Shown here piece after piece: positions 1-10,741 of a stretch of 64,000 nt of DNA. Made by a program: the position numbers and the translations under genes. How positions within the stretch are numbered: position 1 is the stretch's first letter; every line of letters begins with the position of its first letter. This DNA is from Gemmatimonadota bacterium (GTDB lineage: Bacteria > Gemmatimonadota > Gemmatimonadetes > Longimicrobiales > Gaopeijiaceae): the NCBI GenBank assembly GCA_028874905.1, contig JAPPGZ010000078.1, forward strand, positions 3,595 to 67,594, given 5' to 3'. The notes beneath the pieces are model-generated. The model was not told the origin of the DNA. It ran no database searches and saw only the letters and a list, made by a program, of their open reading frames with translations.

Positions 1-675
1 GTGGCCAGCCATGTGGTGCAGGGCCGCCGCATCACCGAGGGCGCGCTCGCCACCTGGATCCGCCACGAGCTCAAGCGGCGAGGCCTGCCCGACCAGACCG
101 ACTGCATTGTCGCGATCGGTCCCACGGCCGCGGATCCCCACTACGATCCGGGCAAGGTGGGCGAGAGCATCAGCGCCGGCCACCTCCTGCTCATCGACCT
201 GTGGGGTGCGTTCCACGAGGACTCCGTGCCCGCCGACCAGACCTGGATGGGGTTTCTCGGCGCCGAACTCCCGTCTCGCATCGGTGAACTGTGGAACACG
301 GTCAAGGCCGCGCGCGACGGCGTGGTGCGCTCGTTGCGGGAGCGCCACGCCCGGGGCGAGACGATCCGTGGCTTCGAGGCCGACGACGTGGCCCGCAAAG
401 TCATCACCGATGCCGGCTACGGGGAGTACTTCATCCACCGCACCGGCCATTCGATCGACCGCGACATCCACGGACGCGGTCCCAACCTCGACAATCTCGA
501 GACGCGGGACGACCGCGTGCTGGTTCCCGGGGTGGGGTTTTCGGTCGAGCCCGGCATCTACATCGCGGGAGACGTGGGGCTGCGCACCGAGATCAACGTC
601 CACATGGGTCCGAACGGGCCGGAGGTCACGGTCGACAGGCCCCAGCAGGACGTCTTCCTGCTCCTGGACGGCTGA
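1..675 (+). CDS. M24 family metallopeptidase (Xaa-Pro peptidase-like), C-terminal part; 5' end lies outside the window
   Basis: Motifs HRTGHSIDRDIHG, GFSVEPGIY and LRTEINVH are typical of the pita-bread M24 fold. The ORF is open to the window edge. Confidence 0.8.
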   Translation: MASHVVQGRRITEGALATWIRHELKRRGLPDQTDCIVAIGPTAADPHYDPGKVGESISAGHLLLIDLWGAFHEDSVPADQTWMGFLGAELPSRIGELWNTVKAARDGVVRSLRERHARGETIRGFEADDVARKVITDAGYGEYFIHRTGHSIDRDIHGRGPNLDNLETRDDRVLVPGVGFSVEPGIYIAGDVGLRTEINVHMGPNGPEVTVDRPQQDVFLLLDG

Positions 676-702
676 TCGCCAGCCCAACCGGAGCAGGGCC
701 GC

Positions 703-3012
703 GTGGCTGACGTGACGCCGGAGGGACGGCAGTCGCTGATCAAGGTCGCGCTACCGGTTCCGGTGCGCCGCACGTTCACTTACAGCGTCACTGGCGAGGC
801 ACCTCCCGTCGGGGCTCGCGTGGTGGTGCCGTTCAGAAGAGGAACCCGGGTTGGCTGGGTGCTGGGACCCGGAGCCGAGGTGCCGCGGGTGCGGGCGGTG
901 CGTTCGGTGCTCGACACCGAGCCCGTGGTTGGCGACGAGTTGCTGGGACTCGCCCGGTGGATGTCCGACTATTACGTGGCGCCGGTGGGCATCGTGCTCA
1001 AGGCCATGTTGCCGGCCCGCATGGCAAGCGCGACCGGAAAGCGTCCGCTTCCACGGATGCGCTCAGTCGTCACCGTTACCCGGTCGATAGGAACCCTCGA
1101 CGAGCTCGAAGACACCTTCGGGCGGGCAGTGCGCCAGCGGGAGGCCTACGAACGGCTCCAGGAGGCCGGAGGAAGACGGACGCTGGCCGCCCTGGCCGAG
1201 AGCGGCTTCAGCCGGAGCGTGATTAGAGGTTTGGAGGCCAGGGGACTCGCGCGCGTGACCCGGGAGGCGGTCCTTCGCGACCCGTTTGGCGACCAGCCGG
1301 CCGGGGATGGGCCGACGCTGGTGCCGACTACGGCGCAGCGCGGGGTTCTGGCGCGAATGTACGCCGCACTTGGTGACGGCGGGGGCACGTTTCTCCTCCA
1401 CGGAGTCACAAGTTCGGGGAAGACGCTCGTCTACATCGAGCTTATCCGGCGCGTGCTCGAGCGCGGTGGCGGCGCCCTCATGCTGGTGCCCGAAATCGCG
1501 CTGACGCCCCAGACCGTATCGCGTTTTCGAGGAGCGTTTGGAGACCTTGTCGCGGTGCTGCACTCCGGCCTCTCGGACGGGGAGCGCTACGACGCGTGGA
1601 ACCAACTCCGGTCGGGGGACAGGCGGATCGCCATCGGCCCCAGATCGGCGGTGTTCGCGCCTGTCGCGGATGTCGGCGCCATCGTGGTGGACGAGGAGCA
1701 CGACAGCAGCTACAAGCAATCGGAGTCGCCCCGCTATCATGCCCGCGACGTGGCGGTCGTGCGCGCGGCAAGGAATGGGGCCCTTTGCGTGCTGGGGTCG
1801 GCCACCCCGTCGCTGGAGAGCTGGCTGAACGCGCGTTCCGGGAAGTATGCGCTGCTGGAGCTTCCGGATCGCGTTGGTGGGGGTGTGCTTCCCGACGTCC
1901 GCGTCGTGGATCTCCGGTCGCGTCCCGTGCCGGGGGGGAAGGCGGAGCGGGGCGCCGTCGCCGCTGGACGGGGTGTCGGCACCGCGGAGACGGAATCGCA
2001 CGCACGGCCGGTCGACCCACCTCCCCGAACCCTTTCCCCCAGGCTCACCGATGCGCTGCGTCGGCGACTTGAACGGCGAGAGCAAACGATCCTGCTGCTC
2101 AACCGGCGGGGCTACGCCGCTTTCGCCCTCTGCGAGGCATGCGGCGCCGTTGCCGAGTGCTTCCAATGTTCCGTCTCGATGACCCTCCATCGCGGTCGGG
2201 GCCTCATGATCTGCCACCACTGCGGCCACACCGAGGCGCCGAGGCGGGACTGTGCCCATTGCGGATCCCGGGACCTGTCGTTCGGCGGCCTCGGCACCGA
2301 ACAGGTGGAGCGCATCCTGCTGCAGTGCTTCCCAGGCGCACGCGTGGCGCGGATGGACGTGGACACGACACGCGGCAAATGGTCCCACCGGGACATCCTG
2401 GACCGGGTTCGCGCCGGAAAGGTGGATATCCTGCTGGGCACGCAGATGATCGCCAAGGGACTGGATTTTCCACGTGTTACGCTCGTGGGCGTGATCAACG
2501 CCGACATCGGGTTGCACCTGCCCGACTTCCGCAGTTGCGAGCGGACGTTTCAGCTCCTCGCACAGGTGGCCGGTCGCGCGGGCCGGGCGCGTCTGCCCGG
2601 CGAGGTGATCGTGCAAACGTATGTGCCGGAACACTATGTGATCCGGGCCGCGGTCGCCCACGATTATCGGGGGTTTGCGGATCGCGAACTGGCGGCGCGA
2701 CGCGACCCCGCGTTTCCGCCCCGCGTCCGCATGGCCAGGATCCTGCTGAGCAGCCCGGTTCAGAAGGACGCTCTGGCGTCTGCCGAACGCCTCGGGGACT
2801 GGTTGCGCGCGCGCCGGGGAGCGTGGCCGGATGTCCTTGGACCGGCGCCGGCGCCCATTGAGAAGCTGCATGGGCGCTTCAGGTGGCACGTGCTGTTGCG
2901 GGGAGGGGTTTCCGCGGTGGGACGGGCGCTTCACGCAGTCGCTGAAGATTTTCGACCCGGGGGCAGCGACGTCAGGATCTCGCTCGACCGCGACCCACAA
3001 CAACTGATGTGA
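703..3012 (+). CDS. priA: Primosomal protein N' (PriA replication restart helicase)
   Basis: Walker A GVTSSGKT and DEEHDSSYKQ (DExH). Cys-rich zinc region CEACGAVAECFQCSVSMTLH...CHHCGH...CAHCGS. C-terminal helicase motifs ILLGTQMIAKGLDFP. Non-ATG (GTG) start in the track. Confidence 0.9.
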   Translation: MADVTPEGRQSLIKVALPVPVRRTFTYSVTGEAPPVGARVVVPFRRGTRVGWVLGPGAEVPRVRAVRSVLDTEPVVGDELLGLARWMSDYYVAPVGIVLKAMLPARMASATGKRPLPRMRSVVTVTRSIGTLDELEDTFGRAVRQREAYERLQEAGGRRTLAALAESGFSRSVIRGLEARGLARVTREAVLRDPFGDQPAGDGPTLVPTTAQRGVLARMYAALGDGGGTFLLHGVTSSGKTLVYIELIRRVLERGGGALMLVPEIALTPQTVSRFRGAFGDLVAVLHSGLSDGERYDAWNQLRSGDRRIAIGPRSAVFAPVADVGAIVVDEEHDSSYKQSESPRYHARDVAVVRAARNGALCVLGSATPSLESWLNARSGKYALLELPDRVGGGVLPDVRVVDLRSRPVPGGKAERGAVAAGRGVGTAETESHARPVDPPPRTLSPRLTDALRRRLERREQTILLLNRRGYAAFALCEACGAVAECFQCSVSMTLHRGRGLMICHHCGHTEAPRRDCAHCGSRDLSFGGLGTEQVERILLQCFPGARVARMDVDTTRGKWSHRDILDRVRAGKVDILLGTQMIAKGLDFPRVTLVGVINADIGLHLPDFRSCERTFQLLAQVAGRAGRARLPGEVIVQTYVPEHYVIRAAVAHDYRGFADRELAARRDPAFPPRVRMARILLSSPVQKDALASAERLGDWLRARRGAWPDVLGPAPAPIEKLHGRFRWHVLLRGGVSAVGRALHAVAEDFRPGGSDVRISLDRDPQQLM

Positions 3013-3090
3013 CCCGGCGCGGCTTCCGCCGCCGCCCGACGATGCGTTATCGTGTTGTGGCCGGGGCGGATCACCCCGGCGTCTGGCGGA

Positions 3091-3684
3091 ATGAACAACC
3101 AAGCAGGAGGCTGCGGGGTGAGTTGCCTGGCTCTCAACGCATCGTACGAGCCGTTGATGATCGTCCCCGCCCGACGGGCGATCCGGCTGGTGCTGGACGA
3201 GAAGGCCGAGGTTCTCGAAGAGGACTCCCGCCGGGCATTTCGCTCCGTCCGGTCGCGGCATCCCTTCCCGCTCGTCATTCGGCTGGTGCGCTATGTGCAC
3301 GTGCCCAAGCGGTTCCGCCGCCAGGTCACCAACACGTTCCTGTTCGCCCGTGACGAATACACTTGCCAGTACTGTCAGCGTCACAAGCGGGAGTTGCGGG
3401 TTCGCGAGTTCCTGACCCGCGACCATGTGCTTCCGCTTTCACGGGGCGGGGGCAACTCCTGGGACAACGTCGTCACCTCGTGCTCCACCTGCAATCACCG
3501 AAAGGGCAACCGCTTGCCGCAGGAGGTCGGATTGAAGCTGCCGCGGCGCCCGATGGAGCCCAACCATGTGCAGCTCGTATGGGCCGTGCGGCGGGTGACG
3601 CCCATACAGGCGAAGTACATCCGGATGTTCTTCGGTGACGACGCCGTGCCCCTTGTGCGGGGGTCCGCGGGCCCGAGTCACTGA
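3091..3684 (+). CDS. HNH endonuclease family protein
   Basis: CQYC...RDHVLPLSRGGGNSWDNVVTSCSTCNHRKGN is a classical HNH/zinc motif. Start placed at the internal MNNQ; 3052 is an alternative. Confidence 0.75.
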   Translation: MNNQAGGCGVSCLALNASYEPLMIVPARRAIRLVLDEKAEVLEEDSRRAFRSVRSRHPFPLVIRLVRYVHVPKRFRRQVTNTFLFARDEYTCQYCQRHKRELRVREFLTRDHVLPLSRGGGNSWDNVVTSCSTCNHRKGNRLPQEVGLKLPRRPMEPNHVQLVWAVRRVTPIQAKYIRMFFGDDAVPLVRGSAGPSH

Positions 3685-4214
3685 TGGATCGATCCGACGA
3701 CACGAGGCGGGAGCCACCCGGGCAGCCGGAACCCCCCACCTCGGTGCGCGAAGTCATGAGTCAGCCGCGCAGATACCGGCCGTCCCGGGGCCGGAAGCGC
3801 GCCTCCCCCGGCAAGCCGGCTCCGGCCAGGGTGCAGCCCCCGCTGCAGACCGCCCGCGAGGCCGCCGAGGGCGTGTCCGATTCGCGTCTTTGGCGAGAGG
3901 TCGAGGTCGAAAAGGAGAAGTGGACCGTGCGCGTGACCGGGACGGCCAGCGTAGGCACGGGAATCGATGCCGGGCCGCACCTGCTGCACTTGGCGTTCAA
4001 GGCGCCCGCCGGCCGGCCGAATCCCTCGCGCACCCTGTACGTATTGGCCAGAGGAATCGATGAGATTCCCGAAGAGGAGTTGGCAGGGCTGGTTGCCGAC
4101 GCGCAGTTGGGGCCTGATGAAGCGTCCAGGCCGGGGAAGCGGCGAGGGCGCAAGGGATCGCGGACGCGTTCGTTTCGTCGCGGGCGCCCCGGCGCGAGAT
4201 CGACAGGGTCGTGA
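3684..4214 (+). CDS. Hypothetical protein
   Basis: ORF abuts the upstream stop. The central part (WTVRVTGTASVGTG..LLHLAF..LYVLARGIDEIPEEEL) looks structured and both ends are basic low-complexity. No motif recognised. Confidence 0.35.
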   Translation: MDRSDDTRREPPGQPEPPTSVREVMSQPRRYRPSRGRKRASPGKPAPARVQPPLQTAREAAEGVSDSRLWREVEVEKEKWTVRVTGTASVGTGIDAGPHLLHLAFKAPAGRPNPSRTLYVLARGIDEIPEEELAGLVADAQLGPDEASRPGKRRGRKGSRTRSFRRGRPGARSTGS

Positions 4215-4319
4215 CGGCTCGACCACGTTAACAACTGCCCCGGCGGGGCTGTCCATCCATCGACCACCAGGCGGAACTGCTTCAACGGGGAGGCCGATAC
4301 AGGTGTCTAATCCCAAGGA

Positions 4320-4877
4320 ATGAGGGAACGGTCCGACGCCGAGTTGGTGATCCGGGCGCGCAGCGGACACACCGAGTCGTTTGGGGAACTGGTCCGGCGG
4401 TATCAGCAGCCGGCGTTCTCCATCGCCCTGAGCGTCATTGGCAGACACCAGGATGCGGAGGACGCTGTTCAGGAGTCGTTCATGGTGGCGTTGCAACGGC
4501 TGGAAGACTGTCGGAATCCGGATCGGTTTGCGGGCTGGTTTCTGACGATTGTCCGAAACCGCTCGCGCAACCTGATCCGACGAGAGAGTCTACGTAGTGG
4601 AGATCCGATTCCGGCGAGTGCCAGCAACGCGGGACCGAATCCCGAAAAGGCGGCGAGCCTGGCGGAACTGCGCGAGAGTCTCCAGGAGGCGTTGAAAAAA
4701 CTAAGCGAAGTTCAGCGGGAGATCGTTCTTCTGCACGATCTTGAGGGTTGGAAGCATTCCGAAATCGCCGACAGGCTTGGAATGCCTTCCGGGACCGTCA
4801 GATCGCATTTGCACTTCGCCAGAAAGGCATTGCGCGTTGAATTGTCCGGTTGGCGGGACCACGTAACAGCGAGTTGA
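4320..4877 (+). CDS. ECF-type RNA polymerase sigma-70 family factor
   Basis: Region 2 (FGELVRRYQQPAFSIALSVIGRHQDAEDAVQESF) and region 4 HTH (REIVLLHDLEGWKHSEIADRLGMPSGTVRSHLHFARKAL). Confidence 0.9.
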   Translation: MRERSDAELVIRARSGHTESFGELVRRYQQPAFSIALSVIGRHQDAEDAVQESFMVALQRLEDCRNPDRFAGWFLTIVRNRSRNLIRRESLRSGDPIPASASNAGPNPEKAASLAELRESLQEALKKLSEVQREIVLLHDLEGWKHSEIADRLGMPSGTVRSHLHFARKALRVELSGWRDHVTAS

Positions 4878-4884
4878 GGTCGGT

Positions 4885-5271
4885 ATGGAAAACGAAAAAC
4901 GCATCGGGTTGCTGCGGGTCCTGGACCCGGCGCACGAGTGCCCCGGTTACTGGGAGCGGTTCCGGGCGGAGATCATGGAGCGGGCCGCGTTCGAACTCGC
5001 GCGGCGGCGTGATCTGGCGCGCGAATCCGTCGAGCTCGTGCTTTCGGGGTGGTCGCGCAGCCTCATTCCCGCTGCGCTGGCCGCCGCAGTCATCGCCGCG
5101 ATCATGGTAGGCAGCGAAGCGGTCCGCGACCCCGGTCCGGACGCGTCTCTCGTTCTCGAGGATGTGCTGGCGAGCGATTTCAGCGATGAGGTGCTGGAGA
5201 CCGCCATCACGGGCGAAGCACATGCGAGCCCGGTGGCCTTCATGGCCTTCGTGGAAGGGAACCGTCCGTGA
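4885..5271 (+). CDS. Putative membrane-anchored anti-sigma factor
   Basis: Lies immediately downstream of the ECF sigma gene. Single hydrophobic helix LIPAALAAAVIAAIMVG. No conserved motif. Confidence 0.4.
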   Translation: MENEKRIGLLRVLDPAHECPGYWERFRAEIMERAAFELARRRDLARESVELVLSGWSRSLIPAALAAAVIAAIMVGSEAVRDPGPDASLVLEDVLASDFSDEVLETAITGEAHASPVAFMAFVEGNRP

Positions 5272-5750
5272 TGGCCCGGCTGAAACGGGCACGGGTCGTG
5301 TCGGGCACCCTCCTGGTCGTGGTCGCGGCGGCCGGGTTCCTCGGTGGCCTGGCGTGGCAGGCAGGCCGCACGGACTCCGGACCGTCGGAACAAAGAGAGT
5401 CGAGGGACGATCGGGGCCGCGAAGAAAGGCGCCTGGTCATTGACGAGGTCGGCCTTACGCCGGCCAAACGCGCCGAGGTGGAAGAGATCATACAGCACTT
5501 TACGGTCCGCATGCGGGCTCTGGACGAGGAGTTTCGGGCGGCGTACCAACCGATTCGGGAGGCGTACGAGCCGCGTCGGAGAGATTTGTTCCGTGCCACC
5601 CGGGACTCCATCAAGGCCATTCTGCTGCCGGAGGAGCGGGCGCTCTACGACTCGCTCCTGGTGATCAGGTTCGGCGACCGCGACCGCGATCGCGATTCGT
5701 CCGCCGAGGAGCGGCGGGACGAGAGGCCGGAAAGAAACGGAGACTGTTGA
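5268..5750 (+). CDS. Periplasmic Spy/CpxP-like (heavy-metal-sensor type) protein
   Basis: Signal/anchor helix, then helical LTPAKRAEVEEIIQHF...LLPEERALYDSLL repeats typical of the CpxP/Spy/ZraP family. 4-nt overlap with the upstream ORF. Confidence 0.5.
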   Translation: MMARLKRARVVSGTLLVVVAAAGFLGGLAWQAGRTDSGPSEQRESRDDRGREERRLVIDEVGLTPAKRAEVEEIIQHFTVRMRALDEEFRAAYQPIREAYEPRRRDLFRATRDSIKAILLPEERALYDSLLVIRFGDRDRDRDSSAEERRDERPERNGDC

Positions 5751-5754
5751 TATT

Positions 5755-7062
5755 GTGAAACACACGCTTGGAATATTGCTGGCCGGTCTGGTGATCGTGC
5801 TGCCGGCTGCCGCGCCCGACCCGGCTCTTGCCCAGGACACCGGCCAGGAGATGACGATGGACGAGGCGCTGGAAATGGCGCTCATCCACAGTCCGCAGCT
5901 GGCTCAGAGTCAGGCCACCCTGAGCAACGCCGGCGGTTCGCGCCGGCGTGCGTGGGGGTCCTTTCTGCCGAACGTCAGCGTCGGGTCGGGCGCGTCGGTG
6001 CAGAGCCTCGACCGCTTCGATCCCACAACCCAGCGTGTCGTGACCGGGAGCAACGACTCCTATAACGCCTCGCTCAGCGCGAACTACCAGATCTTCCAGG
6101 GCGGGCGCAAGTTCCACGAACTGGGGCGTACCGAATCGAGCATCATGGAGGCCGAAGCCCGGCTTCAGGACCAGCGCTTTGCGGTGATTCTGCAAACGCG
6201 GACGCTGTTCATGAACGCGTTGCGCCAATTCGAGCTGGTCGCCGTTGCAGAGGCGAGCGTCGAGCGAGCCGAAGAGAGTCTTGCGATCAGTCGGGCGCGC
6301 ATGCTGGCGGGGACAGCCACGCGGTCCGACACTCTGCGCACCAGGCTGGAACTCGCCAACGCGCTCCAGGCGGTGTTGCAGGCGCGCAACCAGCTGCGGG
6401 TCGCGCGCTTCTCTCTGGGTCGCCAGGTGGGAGCGCCCGGACCGGTGGCGCCGGTCCTTCCCGAGGATCTCGATCCGGCGCCGCTGTTGCTCAGTGAGCA
6501 GGAGATCATCGCACTGGCCGAGTCGGTGTCGCCGGCCGTGCGTGCGGCCGAGGCGGCGTCGGCGGTTGCACGGTCCGCGGTCGGCAACGCCCGGAGCTCG
6601 TACCTGCCTTCGCTCTCGGTCTCGTCAGGGTACACGTGGGCCAACCAGGACCCCACCTTCAACGGTGGCAACACGAGCTGGAACTTCCGCCTCTCGGGCA
6701 GCTACCAGCTTTTCGACGGCTTCCAGCGCGAGCAGAACGTCAGCCAGGCGTCCGAGAGCAGGCGGGTAGCCCGGCTGTCCGAGGACGACGCGCGCAGGGG
6801 CGTGCGGCAAAGCATTGATTCCGCCCTGCGGACGCTGGAGACGCAGGAGCAGGCCATCCTGATCGCGCAGGACGCGGTTGTCGTGGCCGAAGAGGATTTG
6901 AGGCTCATTCGCGCGCGCTACGGCGTGCAGGAGGCCGCGATTCTCGATGTGATCACCAGCCAGGTGGCGCTGGATCAGGCCGAGGCGAACCTGGTGACGG
7001 CGAGGTATGACTATGCGCTTGCAAAAGCGGAACTCGAATCGATTGTAGGGAGGGATTTGTGA
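5755..7062 (+). CDS. TolC family outer membrane efflux protein
   Basis: Signal peptide and two repeated halves with the usual TolC coiled-coil/beta pattern (..[11 protein letters not shown]..; [17 protein letters not shown]). Confidence 0.85.
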   Translation: MKHTLGILLAGLVIVLPAAAPDPALAQDTGQEMTMDEALEMALIHSPQLAQSQATLSNAGGSRRRAWGSFLPNVSVGSGASVQSLDRFDPTTQRVVTGSNDSYNASLSANYQIFQGGRKFHELGRTESSIMEAEARLQDQRFAVILQTRTLFMNALRQFELVAVAEASVERAEESLAISRARMLAGTATRSDTLRTRLELANALQAVLQARNQLRVARFSLGRQVGAPGPVAPVLPEDLDPAPLLLSEQEIIALAESVSPAVRAAEAASAVARSAVGNARSSYLPSLSVSSGYTWANQDPTFNGGNTSWNFRLSGSYQLFDGFQREQNVSQASESRRVARLSEDDARRGVRQSIDSALRTLETQEQAILIAQDAVVVAEEDLRLIRARYGVQEAAILDVITSQVALDQAEANLVTARYDYALAKAELESIVGRDL

Positions 7063-7808
7063 TGATGAACGGGCATGGTGAGAGCGGATACGGGAATGGC
7101 GCCGGGGCGAACGGCGAAATCATCCGCACGCAGGGGCTGCGCAAGTACTATGTGCTCGGAGCCGAGACCGTGCGGGCGGTGCGGGGCGTGGATCTACAGG
7201 TCAGCCGGGGCGAATTCGTGGCGATCATGGGTCCGTCGGGAAGCGGGAAGTCCACCTTCATGAACCTGATCGGTTGCCTGGATACGCCGACCGCCGGCCA
7301 ATACTGGCTTAACGGACGGGAGGTGTCGGAGCTGACGGACGACCAGCTGGCACGCGTCCGCAATCGCGACATCGGCTTCGTCTTCCAGACCTTCAACCTT
7401 CTTCCACGGGCCACGTCGCTGCACAATGTGGAACTTCCGCTCATCTACGCCGGAGTACCGGCCAGGGAGCGGCGGAAACGGGCCGAGGAGAAGCTCGAAC
7501 GCGTGGGTCTGGGCGACCGGATGCATCACAAGCCGCCCGAACTCTCGGGAGGGCAACGGCAGCGTGTGGCCATCGCGCGGGCTCTCGTCAACGATCCCGC
7601 GCTGCTTCTGGCCGACGAGCCGACCGGAAACCTGGACTCGCAGACGTCCCGCGAGATCGTTCAGATCCTCGTGGAGCTGAACAGGGCGGGCCAGACGATT
7701 CTGCTGGTGACACACGAATCCGACATCGCCGGGGCGGCGTCACGCCAGATTCATCTGACCGATGGACTGGTGGACCGCGATTTTTTCAACGAAGGGATGA
7801 TGAATTGA
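7059..7808 (+). CDS. ABC transporter ATP-binding protein (MacB/LolD type)
   Basis: Walker [10 protein letters not shown], signature [15 protein letters not shown], Walker [13 protein letters not shown]. 4-nt overlaps with both neighbours. Confidence 0.9.
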   Translation: MMMNGHGESGYGNGAGANGEIIRTQGLRKYYVLGAETVRAVRGVDLQVSRGEFVAIMGPSGSGKSTFMNLIGCLDTPTAGQYWLNGREVSELTDDQLARVRNRDIGFVFQTFNLLPRATSLHNVELPLIYAGVPARERRKRAEEKLERVGLGDRMHHKPPELSGGQRQRVAIARALVNDPALLLADEPTGNLDSQTSREIVQILVELNRAGQTILLVTHESDIAGAASRQIHLTDGLVDRDFFNEGMMN

Positions 7809-9451
7809 TGCGACCGCAAGTTTCAGGCGTGATTGCCGCAACCTTCCTGGCCGGGCTGGCCCTTGCCGGGTGCGAAGCCGCCCCCGAGGAAGAGGCCGTC
7901 AGCGTTCAGACCGCCCCGGCCGAGGTCCGCGACCTTCGGATCACCGCCGAGGCGACGGGTGAACTGGAGCCGGTCCTGAAGGTCGAAGTGAAGTCCAAGG
8001 CGTCGGGCGAAATCCTCGAGCTCCATGTCGACTCGGGTGATGAAGTCGAGCCGGGAACCCTTCTGGCCCAGGTCGACCCGCGCGACGTCAACAACGCCTA
8101 CGAGCAGGCCGAGGCGGACCTGGCGGTGGCGCAGGAGCGCATGAACATCGCCCAGCGTCAGCTCGAACGCAGCGACACTTTGCTGAAGGTCGAGGTGATC
8201 ACGGCGCAGGAGTACGAGAGCAAGCAGCTGGAATACGCCAATGCCCAGTCGGCGCTGGTGCGGGCGACCACGAATCTGGAGCTGGCTACGCTGCGCCGTA
8301 CCGACGTGACCATCAGGGCACCGATGGCCGGGACGATCCTGGAGAAGCTTGTCGAAGCCGGACAGGTGATTCAGTCCGCCACCCAGAACGTGTCGGGCGG
8401 CACGACGCTCTTCATGATGGCCAACCTCGATGACATGCGCGTGCGCACGCTGGTCGACGAGACCGACATGGGCCAGCTGACGTCGGGGATGATGGCCACC
8501 GTACGGGTCGAGGCCTTCCCGGACCGCACGTTTCAGGGTGAAATCGAGAAGATCGAGCCCCAGGCCGTGGTCAACCAGAACGTGACCATGTTCCCTGTAA
8601 TCGTGCTGCTCGACAATCGCGCCGGCCTTCTGAAGCCGGGCATGAACGCCGAGGTGGAAGTCCTGGTCGATGAGCGATTGCAGACCCTCACGGTGCCCAA
8701 CAGCGCCGTGGTACAGCCCTACGAGGTCGCGCCCGCGGCCGAGGTGCTGGGTCTTGATCCGCAAACCGTCTCGGTCGACAACGCTGCCTGGGGAGAGTTG
8801 ATGGCCCAGGCGGCGGCCCGGTCCGGGGTCGAGATGGACATGGGGGGGCGCGGGGGTTTGGGACGCAGTCGCATGGGTGGCGAATCCGGGGCCAGCGAAA
8901 TGGCCAGCATTCGCGAGAGGATCCAGTCCGGTGAGATCACGCCGGATTCGGCCCGCGTGCTCGCGACCGCCATGCGCGAGGGCTGGCGTACGGGCGGGGC
9001 GGGGGGCCAGGAAGCAGCCGGTATGGACGGAAACGCCGACGCCGATGCTCCGCAGGAGGACGCGCCAGCGGCCGCCGACGGTGACGACAATGCCGGCGCA
9101 GTGGAGGTCGCACAACGAGGCCGCGGCGCGGGGCCTGGCGGAGGTCGGGAGCGCGCCCAGGGCGCGGGCATGGGCGGCAACCGGGCGTTCGGCATGGGGA
9201 TGATGGGAGCCATGGGCGGGAGCATGGGGGATCCCGACTTCCGTCCCGCCGTCGTGTTCGTGATGGACGAACTCGGCAACATCGCCCCGCGGCCCGTGGT
9301 CATGGGGATCGGCGATTACGACTACGCCGAAATCCTGGCAGGGCTGGAAGCGGGCGAGGAGATCGCCCTGATCGGCGCCGCCCAGCTCCAGGCGCAACAA
9401 CAGGAGCGCATGGACCGCATGCGCGGTCGCATGCGTCCCTTTGGGGGATAG
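7805..9451 (+). CDS. Efflux periplasmic adaptor (HlyD/MacA family) with a long Gly/Met/Ala-rich insertion
   Basis: Lipoprotein-like N-terminus (LAGC), barrel-sandwich and coiled-coil segments ([18 protein letters not shown]). C-terminal region carries [21 protein letters not shown] low complexity. Confidence 0.85.
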   Translation: MMRPQVSGVIAATFLAGLALAGCEAAPEEEAVSVQTAPAEVRDLRITAEATGELEPVLKVEVKSKASGEILELHVDSGDEVEPGTLLAQVDPRDVNNAYEQAEADLAVAQERMNIAQRQLERSDTLLKVEVITAQEYESKQLEYANAQSALVRATTNLELATLRRTDVTIRAPMAGTILEKLVEAGQVIQSATQNVSGGTTLFMMANLDDMRVRTLVDETDMGQLTSGMMATVRVEAFPDRTFQGEIEKIEPQAVVNQNVTMFPVIVLLDNRAGLLKPGMNAEVEVLVDERLQTLTVPNSAVVQPYEVAPAAEVLGLDPQTVSVDNAAWGELMAQAAARSGVEMDMGGRGGLGRSRMGGESGASEMASIRERIQSGEITPDSARVLATAMREGWRTGGAGGQEAAGMDGNADADAPQEDAPAAADGDDNAGAVEVAQRGRGAGPGGGRERAQGAGMGGNRAFGMGMMGAMGGSMGDPDFRPAVVFVMDELGNIAPRPVVMGIGDYDYAEILAGLEAGEEIALIGAAQLQAQQQERMDRMRGRMRPFGG

Positions 9452-9461
9452 GAGCTAACGG

Positions 9462-10676
9462 ATGTTCGTCATCAAGGAAACGATCGTCGTCGCGCTCGCC
9501 TCGATCCGTGCCAACGCGCTGCGCTCCGGACTGACCACGCTGGGTATCGTGATCGGGACCGCCGCGGTGATCACCATGGTCGCACTGGGCGAGGGCGCGC
9601 AGCGGCAGGTCCAGGAACAGATCGAGAACATGGGGACGAACATCCTCACGGTGCGGCCCGGCCAGGGGTTCTTCCGGGGGGTGGCGAGCGGGAATCGCCG
9701 GCTCGAGGAGGACGACGCCGTCGCGCTGCGCGACCAGGTGGGCGACCAGTACCAGATCGCGCCCGAAATCGAGTCCCGCCTGCAGGTTTCCTACCTGCGC
9801 TGGAATTCGTCGAACTCGGTCGTGGGTACCTGGCCCTCGTTCTTCCCGCTGCACAGCCATGAAATCGCGTACGGCCGCTTCTTCGACGAGGGCGAAGTGC
9901 AGGGCCGGCGGCGCGTCGCGGTCCTGGGCGCGAACGTCCCGGAGGATCTGGGGACCCCGCCGGGGCTCCTGGTGGGCCGCACGATTCAGATCAAGGGCAT
10001 CCGCTTCGAGGTGGTGGGCGTTCTCGAAGAGAAGGGCGGGGCGATGTGGATGCAGCCGGACGACCAGATCTACATTCCCCTTTCCACCGCCATGTACCGC
10101 GTTATGGGCGGGCGCGACCGACTGCGTTCGATCTACGTTGCGGCCCCGTCGCCGGAAGAGCTGGATCCCGCGTGGGCGGATATCGACCGGGTGATCCGCC
10201 GCGAGCACCGAATCCTCCCCACCGAAGAAGCGGATTTCAGCATCCAGCAGTCGTCCGAATTCCTCGAGACCTTCAACGAGACCACCCGCACGTTCACCAT
10301 GCTGCTGGCAGGAATCGCGGGCGTGAGTCTGTTGGTCGGCGGGATCGGGATCATGAACATCATGCTCGTGAGCGTCACGGAGCGAACCCGGGAGATCGGG
10401 GTGCGGAAGTCGCTCGGTGCCACGCGCAAGACGATTCTCTTCCAGTTTCTGATCGAGGCGCTTGTGCTGTGCATCCTCGGTGGCATGCTTGGCGTGGCGA
10501 GCGGAATGGGGGGAGCCAGACTGATCTCGCAGCTATTCGGGGCCGAGACGGCCGTGGCGCCCGAGGCCGTTGCGGTGGCTCTGGGATTCTCCGCGTTGAT
10601 CGGCCTCTTTTTCGGGATCTGGCCGGCGCGGCGCGCTTCGATACTCGATCCCATAGACGCTCTGCGGTACGAGTAG
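9462..10676 (+). CDS. ABC transporter permease, FtsX/MacB-like
   Basis: N-terminal TM, large periplasmic domain, and C-terminal FtsX-type bundle (LLVGGIGIMNIMLVSVTERTREIGVRKSLGA). Confidence 0.9.
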   Translation: MFVIKETIVVALASIRANALRSGLTTLGIVIGTAAVITMVALGEGAQRQVQEQIENMGTNILTVRPGQGFFRGVASGNRRLEEDDAVALRDQVGDQYQIAPEIESRLQVSYLRWNSSNSVVGTWPSFFPLHSHEIAYGRFFDEGEVQGRRRVAVLGANVPEDLGTPPGLLVGRTIQIKGIRFEVVGVLEEKGGAMWMQPDDQIYIPLSTAMYRVMGGRDRLRSIYVAAPSPEELDPAWADIDRVIRREHRILPTEEADFSIQQSSEFLETFNETTRTFTMLLAGIAGVSLLVGGIGIMNIMLVSVTERTREIGVRKSLGATRKTILFQFLIEALVLCILGGMLGVASGMGGARLISQLFGAETAVAPEAVAVALGFSALIGLFFGIWPARRASILDPIDALRYE

Positions 10677-10716
10677 GCGGCGTCCGCAGCCGCAACCGCT
10701 TGCCGGCCCGCGCCGA

Positions 10717-10740
10717 CTGATAGCAATCTGCTATCAGTTT
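10717..10740. terminator. Hairpin between convergent genes (possible intrinsic terminator)
   Basis: Perfect 9-bp stem CTGATAGCA-atc-TGCTATCAG followed by TTTG on the + strand. Sits between the permease stop and the PDZ gene stop. The T-run is short. Confidence 0.45.
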
Positions 10741-10741
10741 G

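Noticed and set aside
1063-3426. 787-aa minus-strand ORF antisense to priA
   Set aside because: Arg/Pro/Gly/Ala-rich composition with no motifs, and fully antisense to a gene with unambiguous helicase motifs. This is the typical shadow ORF of high-GC DNA.
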